Source: a virus. From it: DNA of 64,000 nt. Where the stretch lies: IMG/VR virus record IMGVR_UViG_3300045988_081423. The stretch is one strand, 5' to 3'. The notes under the pieces are model-generated. The model worked only from the letters and a program-made list of their open reading frames with translations, did not search any database and had not been told where the DNA came from. Position 1 is the stretch's first letter, and the number at the start of each line of letters is the position of its first letter. The position numbers and the translations under genes are program-made. Of the stretch, positions 53,139 to 62,999 are shown in pieces.

Positions 53139-56100
53139 CGCAACGTCTTTATTGCTGCTATGGAGGATTATAACCGTGTATTAGAAGCAACTGAAGTTGC
53201 AGAAAATGCAAACGGTGTTGCCGCTGAAAAGATGACGGTTTATAACGAGTCTCTTGAAGCTGCACAAAATAGATTAACCGCAAGTGTTCAACAATTTGCA
53301 CAGGATTCTAACCTTGATAGAACCCTTGCATTAGCCTACGACGGTCTGTCCAAAATCGTAGAAATTCTAAATATTTTACTAAATAAAATTCCAGTTTTAA
53401 GTCCACTAATTAAAGCCCTTGGTGTTGCTCTAGCAACAGCTTTCGCAGGCAATATACTTAAAAATATATGGGAGACATCCAATTTAATCGGGCAACTTCC
53501 AAGTCTTGCGATGACTGCCACAAGTGCGATTGGGGCGCTAAATACAACATTATTTACAATAGGTTCTGTTGCAGTACCAATATGGGGTGTAGTAGCAGCC
53601 ATTACCGCCATTGGAGCTGTTGCGAAAGTTGCATGGAACGCTTGGAAAGATGCTCAACCAGAGGCACAAATCAAAAAAGCAAACGAAGCCTTGCAAGAGA
53701 GCCAACAGAGTCTTGATGAGACAAATAATAAAATAACTGAAATTAACAAACAAATCTCAGAAATCAACTCTAAAGGTACTTTAACTTTAGCAGATGAGCA
53801 ACAAAAAGAGAACCTTCAAGAGCAACTTGATTTGCTCGAAGAAATTAAAACAACACAAGAAGCTATAAATAAAGAAAAATCTGCACAGGCATTATCTGCC
53901 GAACAAGCAAAAGCTAAAAAAATGACACCATATAGTTCAGAAGATGTGTCTCAGTATCAAGCAGGGCTTCAATCTACACAAAATTATGCGACCGCAATAT
54001 CTACTGAAAATATAAACGAATTGATTGCGGCATATCAACAACTTGAGAAAGAAAAGAAAAATCTGAACTCAGCAGACGAAGATTATGCAGAACAATTAAA
54101 AACCAACGAACAACTAACATCTTCTTTTACCACAAAGTTGTTAGAGCAAAAACAGTCTTACCTAGATGAGATGAAGGCTCTTTCAAATTTAGGAGATACA
54201 AGTTCAGAAACATATAAGGCGTTACAGCAAGCTGTTGACATGATAAATGTCACACTTGACCCGTCTAATTTTGAAACACTTAAAGTCCAAAATCTAATTG
54301 ACACATCTGGAATTGAAGACAAAATTAAAGAGGCTGTTCAGGCTGGCGATAAAGCCGGTGGCGAAATGGCTACGGCATACGCTAAGAGTTTCGCAGAAAA
54401 AATATTAAAAGATACTAGCATGAAACAATCGTTTGCTGAGGCAATGGGTGTCAACGTAAACGAGTTAAATATAGACAATTTAACACAAGAAATCCTCAGC
54501 AAATTCCAACAGATGTATAATAATATTTCTGATGGATACAATGATGTTGTACAGAATGTTTTTAGTAAAACAGATGTTGTTAGTGCTTATGCTAGTATTC
54601 TTGAAAAAGTAAACGAAAAGACAAAGGTTTTGTCAAAAGCATACAAAGAATTGACGAAACAGGGTAGCTTAACGACTGACACAACTCAAAAACTTATCGA
54701 ACTATACCCAGACCTTGCAAAACAACTTGATTTTACAAGTGGTAAAATTACTCTCAATGTAAACGTTCTTAAAGACCTCTATAATGCAGAATACAAGTCC
54801 GCAGAAGCAACGGTTAAGGCAGAAATTCAAAAAACAAAAGCTACTATTGCTGGCGTAGAAGCAAGAATTGCGGCACTAGAAGCAGAGAAACAAAAACTTC
54901 TGCAAACTTTAGATGCGGGTGTTTTAAGCGGTCGAGATGAGGCGTTTGCCGAAAAGCAAATGTTGCTTCTTGAGCAATCTGGTTCTAAAGCTAATGCGAA
55001 TTTGGAAAAAGCGGAAGAGCATTTAAAAGATTTAAATAGTTTACTTGGTCTTGTTCAAAACACTGCAAAATCTGGGCTAGGCTCCGGTACAAAGGATAGC
55101 TCTTCTGGGAAATCTGGTAAATCTGCCGCTGATAAAGCTGCAAAAGAATTTGAGAATGAAATCAAAGAAAAGGTTCAAAACCTAAAGAGTATTGTACAGT
55201 TGTATTCTGAGAATGCTAACTGGGATGACCCAACTGTCATCAAAGAGTTCCAAGACAGATACGACAAAATCTTAAATGAAGTCATAAACGACCCAAAAGC
55301 CAGAAAAGTTCTAGCTGATGCGTTTAATCTTGATATAAGCAATATGCCAGTTGAACAACAAATTCAAGAACTAACAACGCTATGGCAAAAACAAGCTGGT
55401 ACAATTCAAGAATCGTATCAAAAACTTCTAAAGAATCTAGCTAAAGAAGATTTGAGTTCTGCCAAGGCTGTTATAGAAAAATATAAAAATGGTATTTATG
55501 GCGCTTGGAGTTCTGACGAAGCACTGAATGCAGCAAAAGCTGATTATCAGAAGTTTATTGACAAAATCACCAATGACGCAGATTACAGAGCTGCTATGGC
55601 AGAAGCGTTAAACCTTGGGGATATTAGTGGAGAACCAGTAGAGAAACAAGTAGAAGCTGTTATAAACGCCTTACTAAAGTCTACTGGTACACTTGATAAC
55701 ACCCAGCAAGACCTATATGATGACGCTTCTAAGAATATCAAAGCATTACAAGATGAAATCGAGGACATGATTGATACAGCAATCGGTTTGCTTGAAAAGG
55801 CTGGCGATTTTCTGTTTGATATGTTGGATAAGATTTCTGACAGATATGATGCTCAGATTGACAATCTTGATAAGATTTCTGACGAACTTGATGACCAAAA
55901 AGATGCCTTTGAAGATAAGATTGACCAGCAAAAAGAACTCCTGAAACTTCAAAAAGAAGAGATGGATAACGCTGACGAGCTTGCTGAAAAGAATAAATCT
56001 ATTGCAGATATTGATGCCCAATTGATGGAATTGCAATATGACAATTCAGCGGAAGCACAGGCTAAACGTCTTAAACTTCTCGATGAAAGAGCACAAAAAG

Positions 56101-57470
56101 AAAAAGACCTTGCTGATTGGCAAAAAGATAACGATTATAATACCAAGATTGACGCCCTTGATAAAGAAAAATCAGAATATGAAAAGACAATTGAAGCAGA
56201 AAAGAAAGCAATAGAAGCACAAAAACAAACTTTGCAAGATGCTCAGAAACAATTTGAAACTACTCTGGGGAATATCCAAAATGGTTTCAATACATTTATT
56301 AAAATTCTTAGTAGTGATTTTGTCAAGAACCTAATTAGCAAAGCACTAATTGGCACTGGTCAAGATACAGTGACACAATTGCTTACTGGTTATAATAAAT
56401 TATTTGGTACTGGTATTGATTCTGACGTAACTGGGATAATCAAAGAAGGATATAAAAGTCTAGCAGATATTGGTAGTGACACGCTAAATAATGTTTCAAA
56501 TTATAATAACAGAATTGTCAAGAGTGCGACAAAAGGTATAAAAAGTATTATCAGCAATACGACAAATGGCGTTAAGTCTATTTTTGATTCCAGTAATGGA
56601 TTTATGAAAAGATTAACATCTAATGGTATATCTTCGCTAAATACGATTGGGACAAATGGCAAGGGAATTATTTCCAGTCTAGCTGGAACGGCAAATAGTT
56701 TACTGAGCAATTTGAATAGATTTGCCAGTGGGATAGGGCAGATTGCAACCAAAGGCATATCTGGTATATTCTCTGGTATTGGAGGAATGACTAGTGGAGT
56801 TGCAGGCGGTATGGGAGGCATTGGTTTAGCTGGTGCTGGCCTATCTAGCGCACTTCCAATCGCTGCAATAGGAGCGGGTGTTTTGTCTGGTGCTTTGGCA
56901 AATGTTAGTACATGGTACAATAACATCAAGCTCTGGAAAGACAAAGACAAATCTACTGGTAAAAAAATACTTGGAACAATCGGAAATCTGATACTCCCTT
57001 TCTTGCCCGGTGGTATGCTGATATCAGCCGGGAAAGCCCTATCTAGTCTATTTAAAAAACACCATACTGGTGCTGATTATGTAAAAAAACAGAATCCTAT
57101 GTTGGACAAAATGTTAGGACTCGGAAGTGACGAGACTGTATCCATTCTAAAAGTTGGAGAGGCTATTGTGCCCACATGGGCAAATGGAGCAAATAGTTCC
57201 GGCAGCAGTAATAGATTTACGGGAAGTCCATTTGGAAGTGCTGTAGACTCTGCCGTTAAAACCGCAAGAGTAAATACCAGAACGTACTCTAGTTCCAACA
57301 GCTCTTCTATTAATATCTCTATGCCTATTAATATTCAGGGAGACGCAGATGCTTCTACTGTAAACTCTTTGAGGAAAGAGGCAGACAACATTGTGAATAA
57401 AGTTCTAAAAACTATCAATAACCAAACTAGAATTGGTGGCTATAGAAATATAAAAGCAGCAACGATTTAA
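53139..57470 (+). CDS. tape measure protein, exon 2 (5' end within about 5 nt)
   Basis: The frame is open upstream of ATG 53160 (..RQRNVFIAAMEDY) and continues the TMP core. No RBS precedes the ATG. Long coiled coils, TM-like segments and Gly-rich regions are typical of TMPs. Confidence 0.75.
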   Translation, partial: RNVFIAAMEDYNRVLEATEVAENANGVAAEKMTVYNESLEAAQNRLTASVQQFAQDSNLDRTLALAYDGLSKIVEILNILLNKIPVLSPLIKALGVALATAFAGNILKNIWETSNLIGQLPSLAMTATSAIGALNTTLFTIGSVAVPIWGVVAAITAIGAVAKVAWNAWKDAQPEAQIKKANEALQESQQSLDETNNKITEINKQISEINSKGTLTLADEQQKENLQEQLDLLEEIKTTQEAINKEKSAQALSAEQAKAKKMTPYSSEDVSQYQAGLQSTQNYATAISTENINELIAAYQQLEKEKKNLNSADEDYAEQLKTNEQLTSSFTTKLLEQKQSYLDEMKALSNLGDTSSETYKALQQAVDMINVTLDPSNFETLKVQNLIDTSGIEDKIKEAVQAGDKAGGEMATAYAKSFAEKILKDTSMKQSFAEAMGVNVNELNIDNLTQEILSKFQQMYNNISDGYNDVVQNVFSKTDVVSAYASILEKVNEKTKVLSKAYKELTKQGSLTTDTTQKLIELYPDLAKQLDFTSGKITLNVNVLKDLYNAEYKSAEATVKAEIQKTKATIAGVEARIAALEAEKQKLLQTLDAGVLSGRDEAFAEKQMLLLEQSGSKANANLEKAEEHLKDLNSLLGLVQNTAKSGLGSGTKDSSSGKSGKSAADKAAKEFENEIKEKVQNLKSIVQLYSENANWDDPTVIKEFQDRYDKILNEVINDPKARKVLADAFNLDISNMPVEQQIQELTTLWQKQAGTIQESYQKLLKNLAKEDLSSAKAVIEKYKNGIYGAWSSDEALNAAKADYQKFIDKITNDADYRAAMAEALNLGDISGEPVEKQVEAVINALLKSTGTLDNTQQDLYDDASKNIKALQDEIEDMIDTAIGLLEKAGDFLFDMLDKISDRYDAQIDNLDKISDELDDQKDAFEDKIDQQKELLKLQKEEMDNADELAEKNKSIADIDAQLMELQYDNSAEAQAKRLKLLDERAQKEKDLADWQKDNDYNTKIDALDKEKSEYEKTIEAEKKAIEAQKQTLQDAQKQFETTLGNIQNGFNTFIKILSSDFVKNLISKALIGTGQDTVTQLLTGYNKLFGTGIDSDVTGIIKEGYKSLADIGSDTLNNVSNYNNRIVKSATKGIKSIISNTTNGVKSIFDSSNGFMKRLTSNGISSLNTIGTNGKGIISSLAGTANSLLSNLNRFASGIGQIATKGISGIFSGIGGMTSGVAGGMGGIGLAGAGLSSALPIAAIGAGVLSGALANVSTWYNNIKLWKDKDKSTGKKILGTIGNLILPFLPGGMLISAGKALSSLFKKHHTGADYVKKQNPMLDKMLGLGSDETVSILKVGEAIVPTWANGANSSGSSNRFTGSPFGSAVDSAVKTARVNTRTYSSSNSSSINISMPINIQGDADASTVNSLRKEADNIVNKVLKTINNQTRIGGYRNIKAATI

Positions 57471-57538
57471 TTGTTAAATTGCCGATACTATTGAGCGTGC
57501 TTAATAAGTCGGCTTTATTTATAAAGAGGTGATATTTA

Positions 57539-58468
57539 ATGCCGATGGGATATCCTTTTGTTTTCAATGGCATTCAAAGTGAGTTGCGAAATGTCTCTTT
57601 GGTATTTATTGACAACTCTTATACAAATCGAACTTCTGGTGGAGACAAAAGTCTTGTTACAGCCTCTATTAGAAGAAATCCAAATAAACAATATCTTGAC
57701 ACAGAATATGACAGCGTGTTGCAGTTTCCTGTCGAAATTGTTTATGACCAAGCAGTTGATATTTATGAGTTAACCGACTTAAAGAACTGGTTAACTTCTC
57801 CTGTTGGGTATGAACAGCTTCAAATCTGTGCAGAAAACTTTGACCGGTTCTATTATAACTGCATTATCCATTTAAATGAAGATTTAATTTATGCTGACGG
57901 ATATCGTGGAGTATCTGCCACAGTAGAATGTGATGCTCCATATGCACATGAGTTTGACAGAATCCAAAAGTATACTCTAAATTCAGATGTAACAAAAGTT
58001 GACACATTTCAATTTGTGAATTATTCAGACGATTTTGAGCTTATGAAGCCAGTTCTTAAATTTCATATGGCAAAAGACGGCAATTTCAGCATTAACGTAA
58101 AACATTATAGTGAAGGTAAATACATGGTTGAGAAAGATGGAAGTATTCTGTTAAATAATTCAACATATAATGAATGCAGCTGTTATTGCAGAATGAATAA
58201 TCTTCCTATTTCTTGCATTACAAAGGCTTTGGATTATAACGTTACAACCAATTTCTCTAATTTATCTGCAAATGACACTGTTTATCTTGATAATAAGAAC
58301 TGTATCATGATGCTAAATGATTCATACTCAGAAGATTTATTCTCTAAATTTAACAAGAATTTTCTTAAAATTCCTAGAGGGTTAAGTGTGCTATCTGTAT
58401 ATGGGGTTGCAGACAGTATGTATATAGTCTATCAAAATGCTAAACGGTTAGGGGGGAGTTACTATTAA
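57539..58468 (+). CDS. distal tail protein (Dit) candidate
   Basis: 309-aa ORF immediately after tmp. The N-terminus PFVFNGIQS resembles siphovirus tail-family proteins. Confidence 0.5.
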   Translation: MPMGYPFVFNGIQSELRNVSLVFIDNSYTNRTSGGDKSLVTASIRRNPNKQYLDTEYDSVLQFPVEIVYDQAVDIYELTDLKNWLTSPVGYEQLQICAENFDRFYYNCIIHLNEDLIYADGYRGVSATVECDAPYAHEFDRIQKYTLNSDVTKVDTFQFVNYSDDFELMKPVLKFHMAKDGNFSINVKHYSEGKYMVEKDGSILLNNSTYNECSCYCRMNNLPISCITKALDYNVTTNFSNLSANDTVYLDNKNCIMMLNDSYSEDLFSKFNKNFLKIPRGLSVLSVYGVADSMYIVYQNAKRLGGSYY

Positions 58469-61400
58469 TTTTACTTTTGATTTAAATAAAAGGTATGAAT
58501 ACCCATTTATTGAATTATGTAACCCAAATAAAAAAACAATTGGAATTGTTTCTGGTATTTCCGAGCTAGTAATCTCTCCTAAATGGGGTTCTTGTTCAGA
58601 AGTTACCTTTACAATGTATCGCAAGACAAACAATAAAGTTAACCCCTGTTACAAAAGACTAAAGAAGAATAAGCTCATTCATATTGATGGGTTTGGCTAC
58701 TTCACTATTGTTAGTGATGATGAAGAATTTGAAGACAAAGTTCCTCATAAATCAATTGTTGCTTATTCTGCTGAATATCTTTTAAATAATAAAGGAATCA
58801 ATCTAACCTTTATAACAACTGCTGGCGATATCAACGATACATCAAGCACTACAATTGTCACAAGTAATTATTTCTTTTATCGAGAATCTCAACCCGAAAA
58901 ATCTTTGCTTCATCAGCTAATCGAAGTAGCGCCTCAATGGTCTATTGGTTATATTAGTCCTTCCCTAAAAAGCAAATCTCGCTCTTTTAGCGAAACAGAC
59001 AAAGGCTTATATGGTTTTTTGACGAATGAAGTATCTCAGTCCTACGAGGCTTTGTTTGTATTTGATAACGAAAATTATGTCGTAAACGCATATGATACTT
59101 CTGAGGTTATCAAAAATACAAGTATTGTGTTGTCTTTCGATAACCTTCTAAAAAGCGCCACCGTTAGTGAGCTATCAGATGACATCTTCACCGTTTTAAA
59201 CGTGTCTGGCGCAGAAGACCTAAGTATTGCGAAAGTAAACCCGAACGGCACGAAGAAGATTTTCTGTCTTGATTATTATACTGGCGTTCTTGATAAAACC
59301 GCAAGTAATTATTACGAGAATTACAATGAGTGGATTACAAATAACGCCCTAAAGAAAAAGGTTCTTGAGTGGGAGAAAGCAAATAAAGAGGCTATTTATG
59401 ATAAATCCACTGGCTCTTATGGTTATTGGACTTCCTTGCAAAAGAAATTTAACCTACTACTCTTGACCCAGAAAGCTATGCTAACACAAATGCAGACCTA
59501 TTATGATTCTGCTCAACAAAATATGTCTCTATATACTGACTATTCTGATGTTGATAATCTACAGGTCTACGCTAAATGGTCTAGTTTTCTAAGTTCTAAA
59601 GAAGGATATGTCACTTTTGGAGAAGCTAAAAAGAATAACTACACTATCATAGACTACTATCAAGTTGCGGAATATACAACAGATAGCAACCATAATATTA
59701 CTCTGTACGCTTATTGGAAGAATTATTCACAGGCTTGCGAAGCTAATATGAATATTCTAAAAAATGGTGGTAAGCTATATACAGTCAAAAAAGAAGACTT
59801 TACTGATATCGGAGATACAGAAACTCCGTCAAGAAACCAAGACTATAACGTTCCCGCAAATTCTGCTCTTGTGGCAAATGGAGATTCTATTTCTGATAAT
59901 GTTGTAGACCATAGTATAACTCCGGAAACAGGATATGCTAAATATTCTATCGAAGCTCTAACGAGGGAAATTGAAAATATTCAGAATGAACGAGACAAAC
60001 TTGTAAAACAGTATTCTTACGAGACTAATTTTACTGACGAAGAAAAGCTAGAACTTGACCCGTTTATTATTGAAGGTAGTTTTTCAGACGATTCTTTTAT
60101 TGTAACTGACAGTATGCAGACAAAGGATTATTCTAATACTTCAACAAAAGTAGAGGTTGTCCAAGCAAATGGCGATATGGTTATCAAAACAATTGAAGAA
60201 CTAAGCCAAGATGACGTTATTATGGATGATATCTATGTTGCCAATCAGCTTGTAGACGCTGGTTATGAAAAACTAAAGGTAGTAAGTCAGCCTAGTTTTA
60301 GCTTTAAACTGGATAGTACAAATTTCCTGTTCATAGAAAAATTTAAGCCATTCATCGACCAGCTACTCTCTATCGAAAAAAATAAAGGAAGTTTATTTGG
60401 TTCTATTTTAAATGTACAACTAGAAGACGACAACTGGGTTTATCCATACCTTCAAGAAATGGAAATTCAATATGATGACCCAGATAGTTTTTCTATGACG
60501 TTTGGTAACAGATTTAGACTATCTGATGAAACGTATACCTTTAATGAACTTCACAATGAAACAACAAGCGCAGTTTCTAGCGTTGGTTCTTTGTTATCTG
60601 CCGTCTCTCAACCAGTTACTAATGGTACAATTGATGCGGTCACAAAATACACTAAGACTGCTCTAGTTGCCGCTAACCAAGCTATTAAGTCCACAGAAGA
60701 TAACGAATTTACATTTGGTAGTTATGGCATTAAAGGACGTAAAAAATCGTCAGAAGATGACAATATCAACGGGTTCGACCCTGAACAACTCTGGATATCC
60801 AACAATAAGATTTGTTTTACGACTGACGGCTGGGCTACTACGAAAGCAGTATTCGGCAAGACTATTGTTGATGGAGTTGAATCTTATGGTTTGATTGCAG
60901 ATAGTATTGTTGGTAAGCTAATTATGGGTAATAACCTCATCATTTCTAATTCTTCTAATACTTTTGAAGTAAATGAAAACGGCATGTCAATCAGTAATGA
61001 CAATATGAGTATTCGGATGAGTCCTGACATTGGTCTTGATATTGCCCGTAAAACAGCTGGTGATGATTTGAGCGTATTTAAAGTTGACGAAAATGGTAAT
61101 TTAACAATCACTGGCGGTAAGATTATTGTTGGTGATGGAGCTAATAGTGGTTATATCATTGATGGCAACAATGGTTCTATTACGTCCATAATGAAAGACG
61201 CAAATGGCGACCCGCTATTCTCACTTACTAGAGATGGGCACATGAATACTTCTGGCGTTAGAATTGATGGCAACGAAGTACCAAAACCAAGTGGAGAAAT
61301 TACGCCAATTAAAGGCAATGACGGTGTTGTAGAGGACTCTGGTAATGGGCTTACTGGCGGCATTTGGGATTGCATCAAAACTCTTGTTACGTTTTTCTTC

Positions 61401-61787
61401 GCTGGCCCATATATCGCTATTCTAAATCTTGTAGGGCGAAAAGACTCTGATGGATGGCGTAACATTTGGAATTACTATTCAAGAAGAACCATAGACCAGA
61501 TGATGACAGATATTAGAGAAATCGGGCATTACGAACTAGCGGATAAAACCATTGTTTCTGATATGATTTCTAAGAACAACGACACACTATACCAGTCTTT
61601 CGTAAGTATAAATACGAGCAACCTTACTTATTACAAAACTTGGACTGATACATTGCAGTATTTACAAGATAATTACTATACAAAGGGCGATATTAACATA
61701 AAATTTAACATAGACGCTTCTACTTCTCTAAGCTGGAAAACAATTACAGTTAATGGAGAGAGTATGAATGTTCTTGTTAAATCATAA
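58464..61787 (+). CDS. tail-associated (Tal-like) baseplate hub / minor structural protein; start unresolved
   Basis: The frame is open from 58452, and conserved-looking N-terminal sequence (INFTFDLNKRYEYPFIELCNPNKKTIG...) precedes the first ATG at 58614. AGGGGGGAG lies 5 nt before ATT 58464. Confidence 0.55.
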   Translation: MNFTFDLNKRYEYPFIELCNPNKKTIGIVSGISELVISPKWGSCSEVTFTMYRKTNNKVNPCYKRLKKNKLIHIDGFGYFTIVSDDEEFEDKVPHKSIVAYSAEYLLNNKGINLTFITTAGDINDTSSTTIVTSNYFFYRESQPEKSLLHQLIEVAPQWSIGYISPSLKSKSRSFSETDKGLYGFLTNEVSQSYEALFVFDNENYVVNAYDTSEVIKNTSIVLSFDNLLKSATVSELSDDIFTVLNVSGAEDLSIAKVNPNGTKKIFCLDYYTGVLDKTASNYYENYNEWITNNALKKKVLEWEKANKEAIYDKSTGSYGYWTSLQKKFNLLLLTQKAMLTQMQTYYDSAQQNMSLYTDYSDVDNLQVYAKWSSFLSSKEGYVTFGEAKKNNYTIIDYYQVAEYTTDSNHNITLYAYWKNYSQACEANMNILKNGGKLYTVKKEDFTDIGDTETPSRNQDYNVPANSALVANGDSISDNVVDHSITPETGYAKYSIEALTREIENIQNERDKLVKQYSYETNFTDEEKLELDPFIIEGSFSDDSFIVTDSMQTKDYSNTSTKVEVVQANGDMVIKTIEELSQDDVIMDDIYVANQLVDAGYEKLKVVSQPSFSFKLDSTNFLFIEKFKPFIDQLLSIEKNKGSLFGSILNVQLEDDNWVYPYLQEMEIQYDDPDSFSMTFGNRFRLSDETYTFNELHNETTSAVSSVGSLLSAVSQPVTNGTIDAVTKYTKTALVAANQAIKSTEDNEFTFGSYGIKGRKKSSEDDNINGFDPEQLWISNNKICFTTDGWATTKAVFGKTIVDGVESYGLIADSIVGKLIMGNNLIISNSSNTFEVNENGMSISNDNMSIRMSPDIGLDIARKTAGDDLSVFKVDENGNLTITGGKIIVGDGANSGYIIDGNNGSITSIMKDANGDPLFSLTRDGHMNTSGVRIDGNEVPKPSGEITPIKGNDGVVEDSGNGLTGGIWDCIKTLVTFFFAGPYIAILNLVGRKDSDGWRNIWNYYSRRTIDQMMTDIREIGHYELADKTIVSDMISKNNDTLYQSFVSINTSNLTYYKTWTDTLQYLQDNYYTKGDINIKFNIDASTSLSWKTITVNGESMNVLVKS

Positions 61788-61805
61788 GGAATAAAAGGAG
61801 TAAAT

Positions 61806-62108
61806 ATGAATACACAAGATTTAATTTCTCAGGCTGAAAAAATCAAGCAGGCACTAAATGTTATTTCTGTTTCTGGTTATGGCAATATTAAAACACTCGG
61901 CAATTGTCTCGATGCTATGACGCAGCTTGAAAATGACATTGCATCCTACGAAAAAAACGTACAGGAAGCTATGCAAAAGCAAATTCAGGATATGGTAGAG
62001 TCTATCAAGGAAGAAGTAAAAAGTAACCAAGAAATTATTCCGGTTGACTCTTCTAAGCCTAAACCTAAACGTGTAAGAAAAGAGGGCGATGATATTGCAG
62101 AGAATTGA
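61806..62108 (+). CDS. hypothetical protein
   Basis: 100-aa ORF with an AAAGGAG RBS. Confidence 0.55.
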   Translation: MNTQDLISQAEKIKQALNVISVSGYGNIKTLGNCLDAMTQLENDIASYEKNVQEAMQKQIQDMVESIKEEVKSNQEIIPVDSSKPKPKRVRKEGDDIAEN

Positions 62109-62529
62109 TTCAAGTCAATTTAAAGTATTCGTTCAACAGATTGACGATATTGAATTTTTTCAAGGGGACACTGTAACAATCCCAATCCAATTTATTGATT
62201 ACAATGAACATGAAATTCCTCTCGTTAAATCTGATACTGATACGACCACTGTTGAGTGGCGTCTATGTCCATATGGACAGCCACAGAACCCCTTGCTTCA
62301 ACTAGAGTCTACTCAAGATAACGCCAAAACGGATGATGTATATATCGACCCTGACACAAACGTTGTCTATGTAAATTTAAGTGACGAAAATACAAAATCT
62401 CTTATTTACGGCAAATATATGCAACAGATTATCCTGCATTATGACTTTGGCGATGGAAGCCCCAGAAAAGACTTCCTCCGTGCGCAAGGGTTCGTATTAT
62501 TTAAAGAAAAAATTCAAGATTACTTCTGA
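62089..62529 (+). CDS. hypothetical baseplate-module protein
   Basis: 146-aa ORF overlapping the previous gene by 20 nt. Confidence 0.5.
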   Translation: MILQRIDSSQFKVFVQQIDDIEFFQGDTVTIPIQFIDYNEHEIPLVKSDTDTTTVEWRLCPYGQPQNPLLQLESTQDNAKTDDVYIDPDTNVVYVNLSDENTKSLIYGKYMQQIILHYDFGDGSPRKDFLRAQGFVLFKEKIQDYF

Positions 62530-62544
62530 TAAGGAGGATTATAT

Positions 62545-62973
62545 ATGATTTCTAAAGACTTTGCGAATAAGATTAACGCTGAAATTTTTGGTGGGCAGAA
62601 CTACATTCCACCCTCTAACTGGTATTTTGGTCTATCTACTCAGCCCATCTCTGATGGTGTAATCCCTTCCGGTGCAGAGCCTACTAATCCCGGTTATTCT
62701 CGTGCACAGATTGCAAACAACCAGACCAATTTTACTACCCCAAACTATAATAGCACTTATACTTTGAGCTTTGTCTCTAACCGTAATGCTATTGCTATGA
62801 GCGAGATTACAGGCGGCAACCAGATTACCGTCCCTTATTTCTTTCTATCTAGTTCTGCCAGCGGTAATACTTGTGAGATTTGGGGAACTTTTGCCAATGC
62901 AAGAATCCTGACTCCCGACTCTCAGCTTATTGTTAAATCTGGCGGTGCGATTTTCTCTCTTGAGAACGTTTGA
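62545..62973 (+). CDS. hypothetical baseplate-module protein
   Basis: 142-aa ORF with an AAGGAGGA RBS. Confidence 0.55.
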   Translation: MISKDFANKINAEIFGGQNYIPPSNWYFGLSTQPISDGVIPSGAEPTNPGYSRAQIANNQTNFTTPNYNSTYTLSFVSNRNAIAMSEITGGNQITVPYFFLSSSASGNTCEIWGTFANARILTPDSQLIVKSGGAIFSLENV

Positions 62974-62999
62974 TTATTTAAAGAAAATGAGGTGACATA

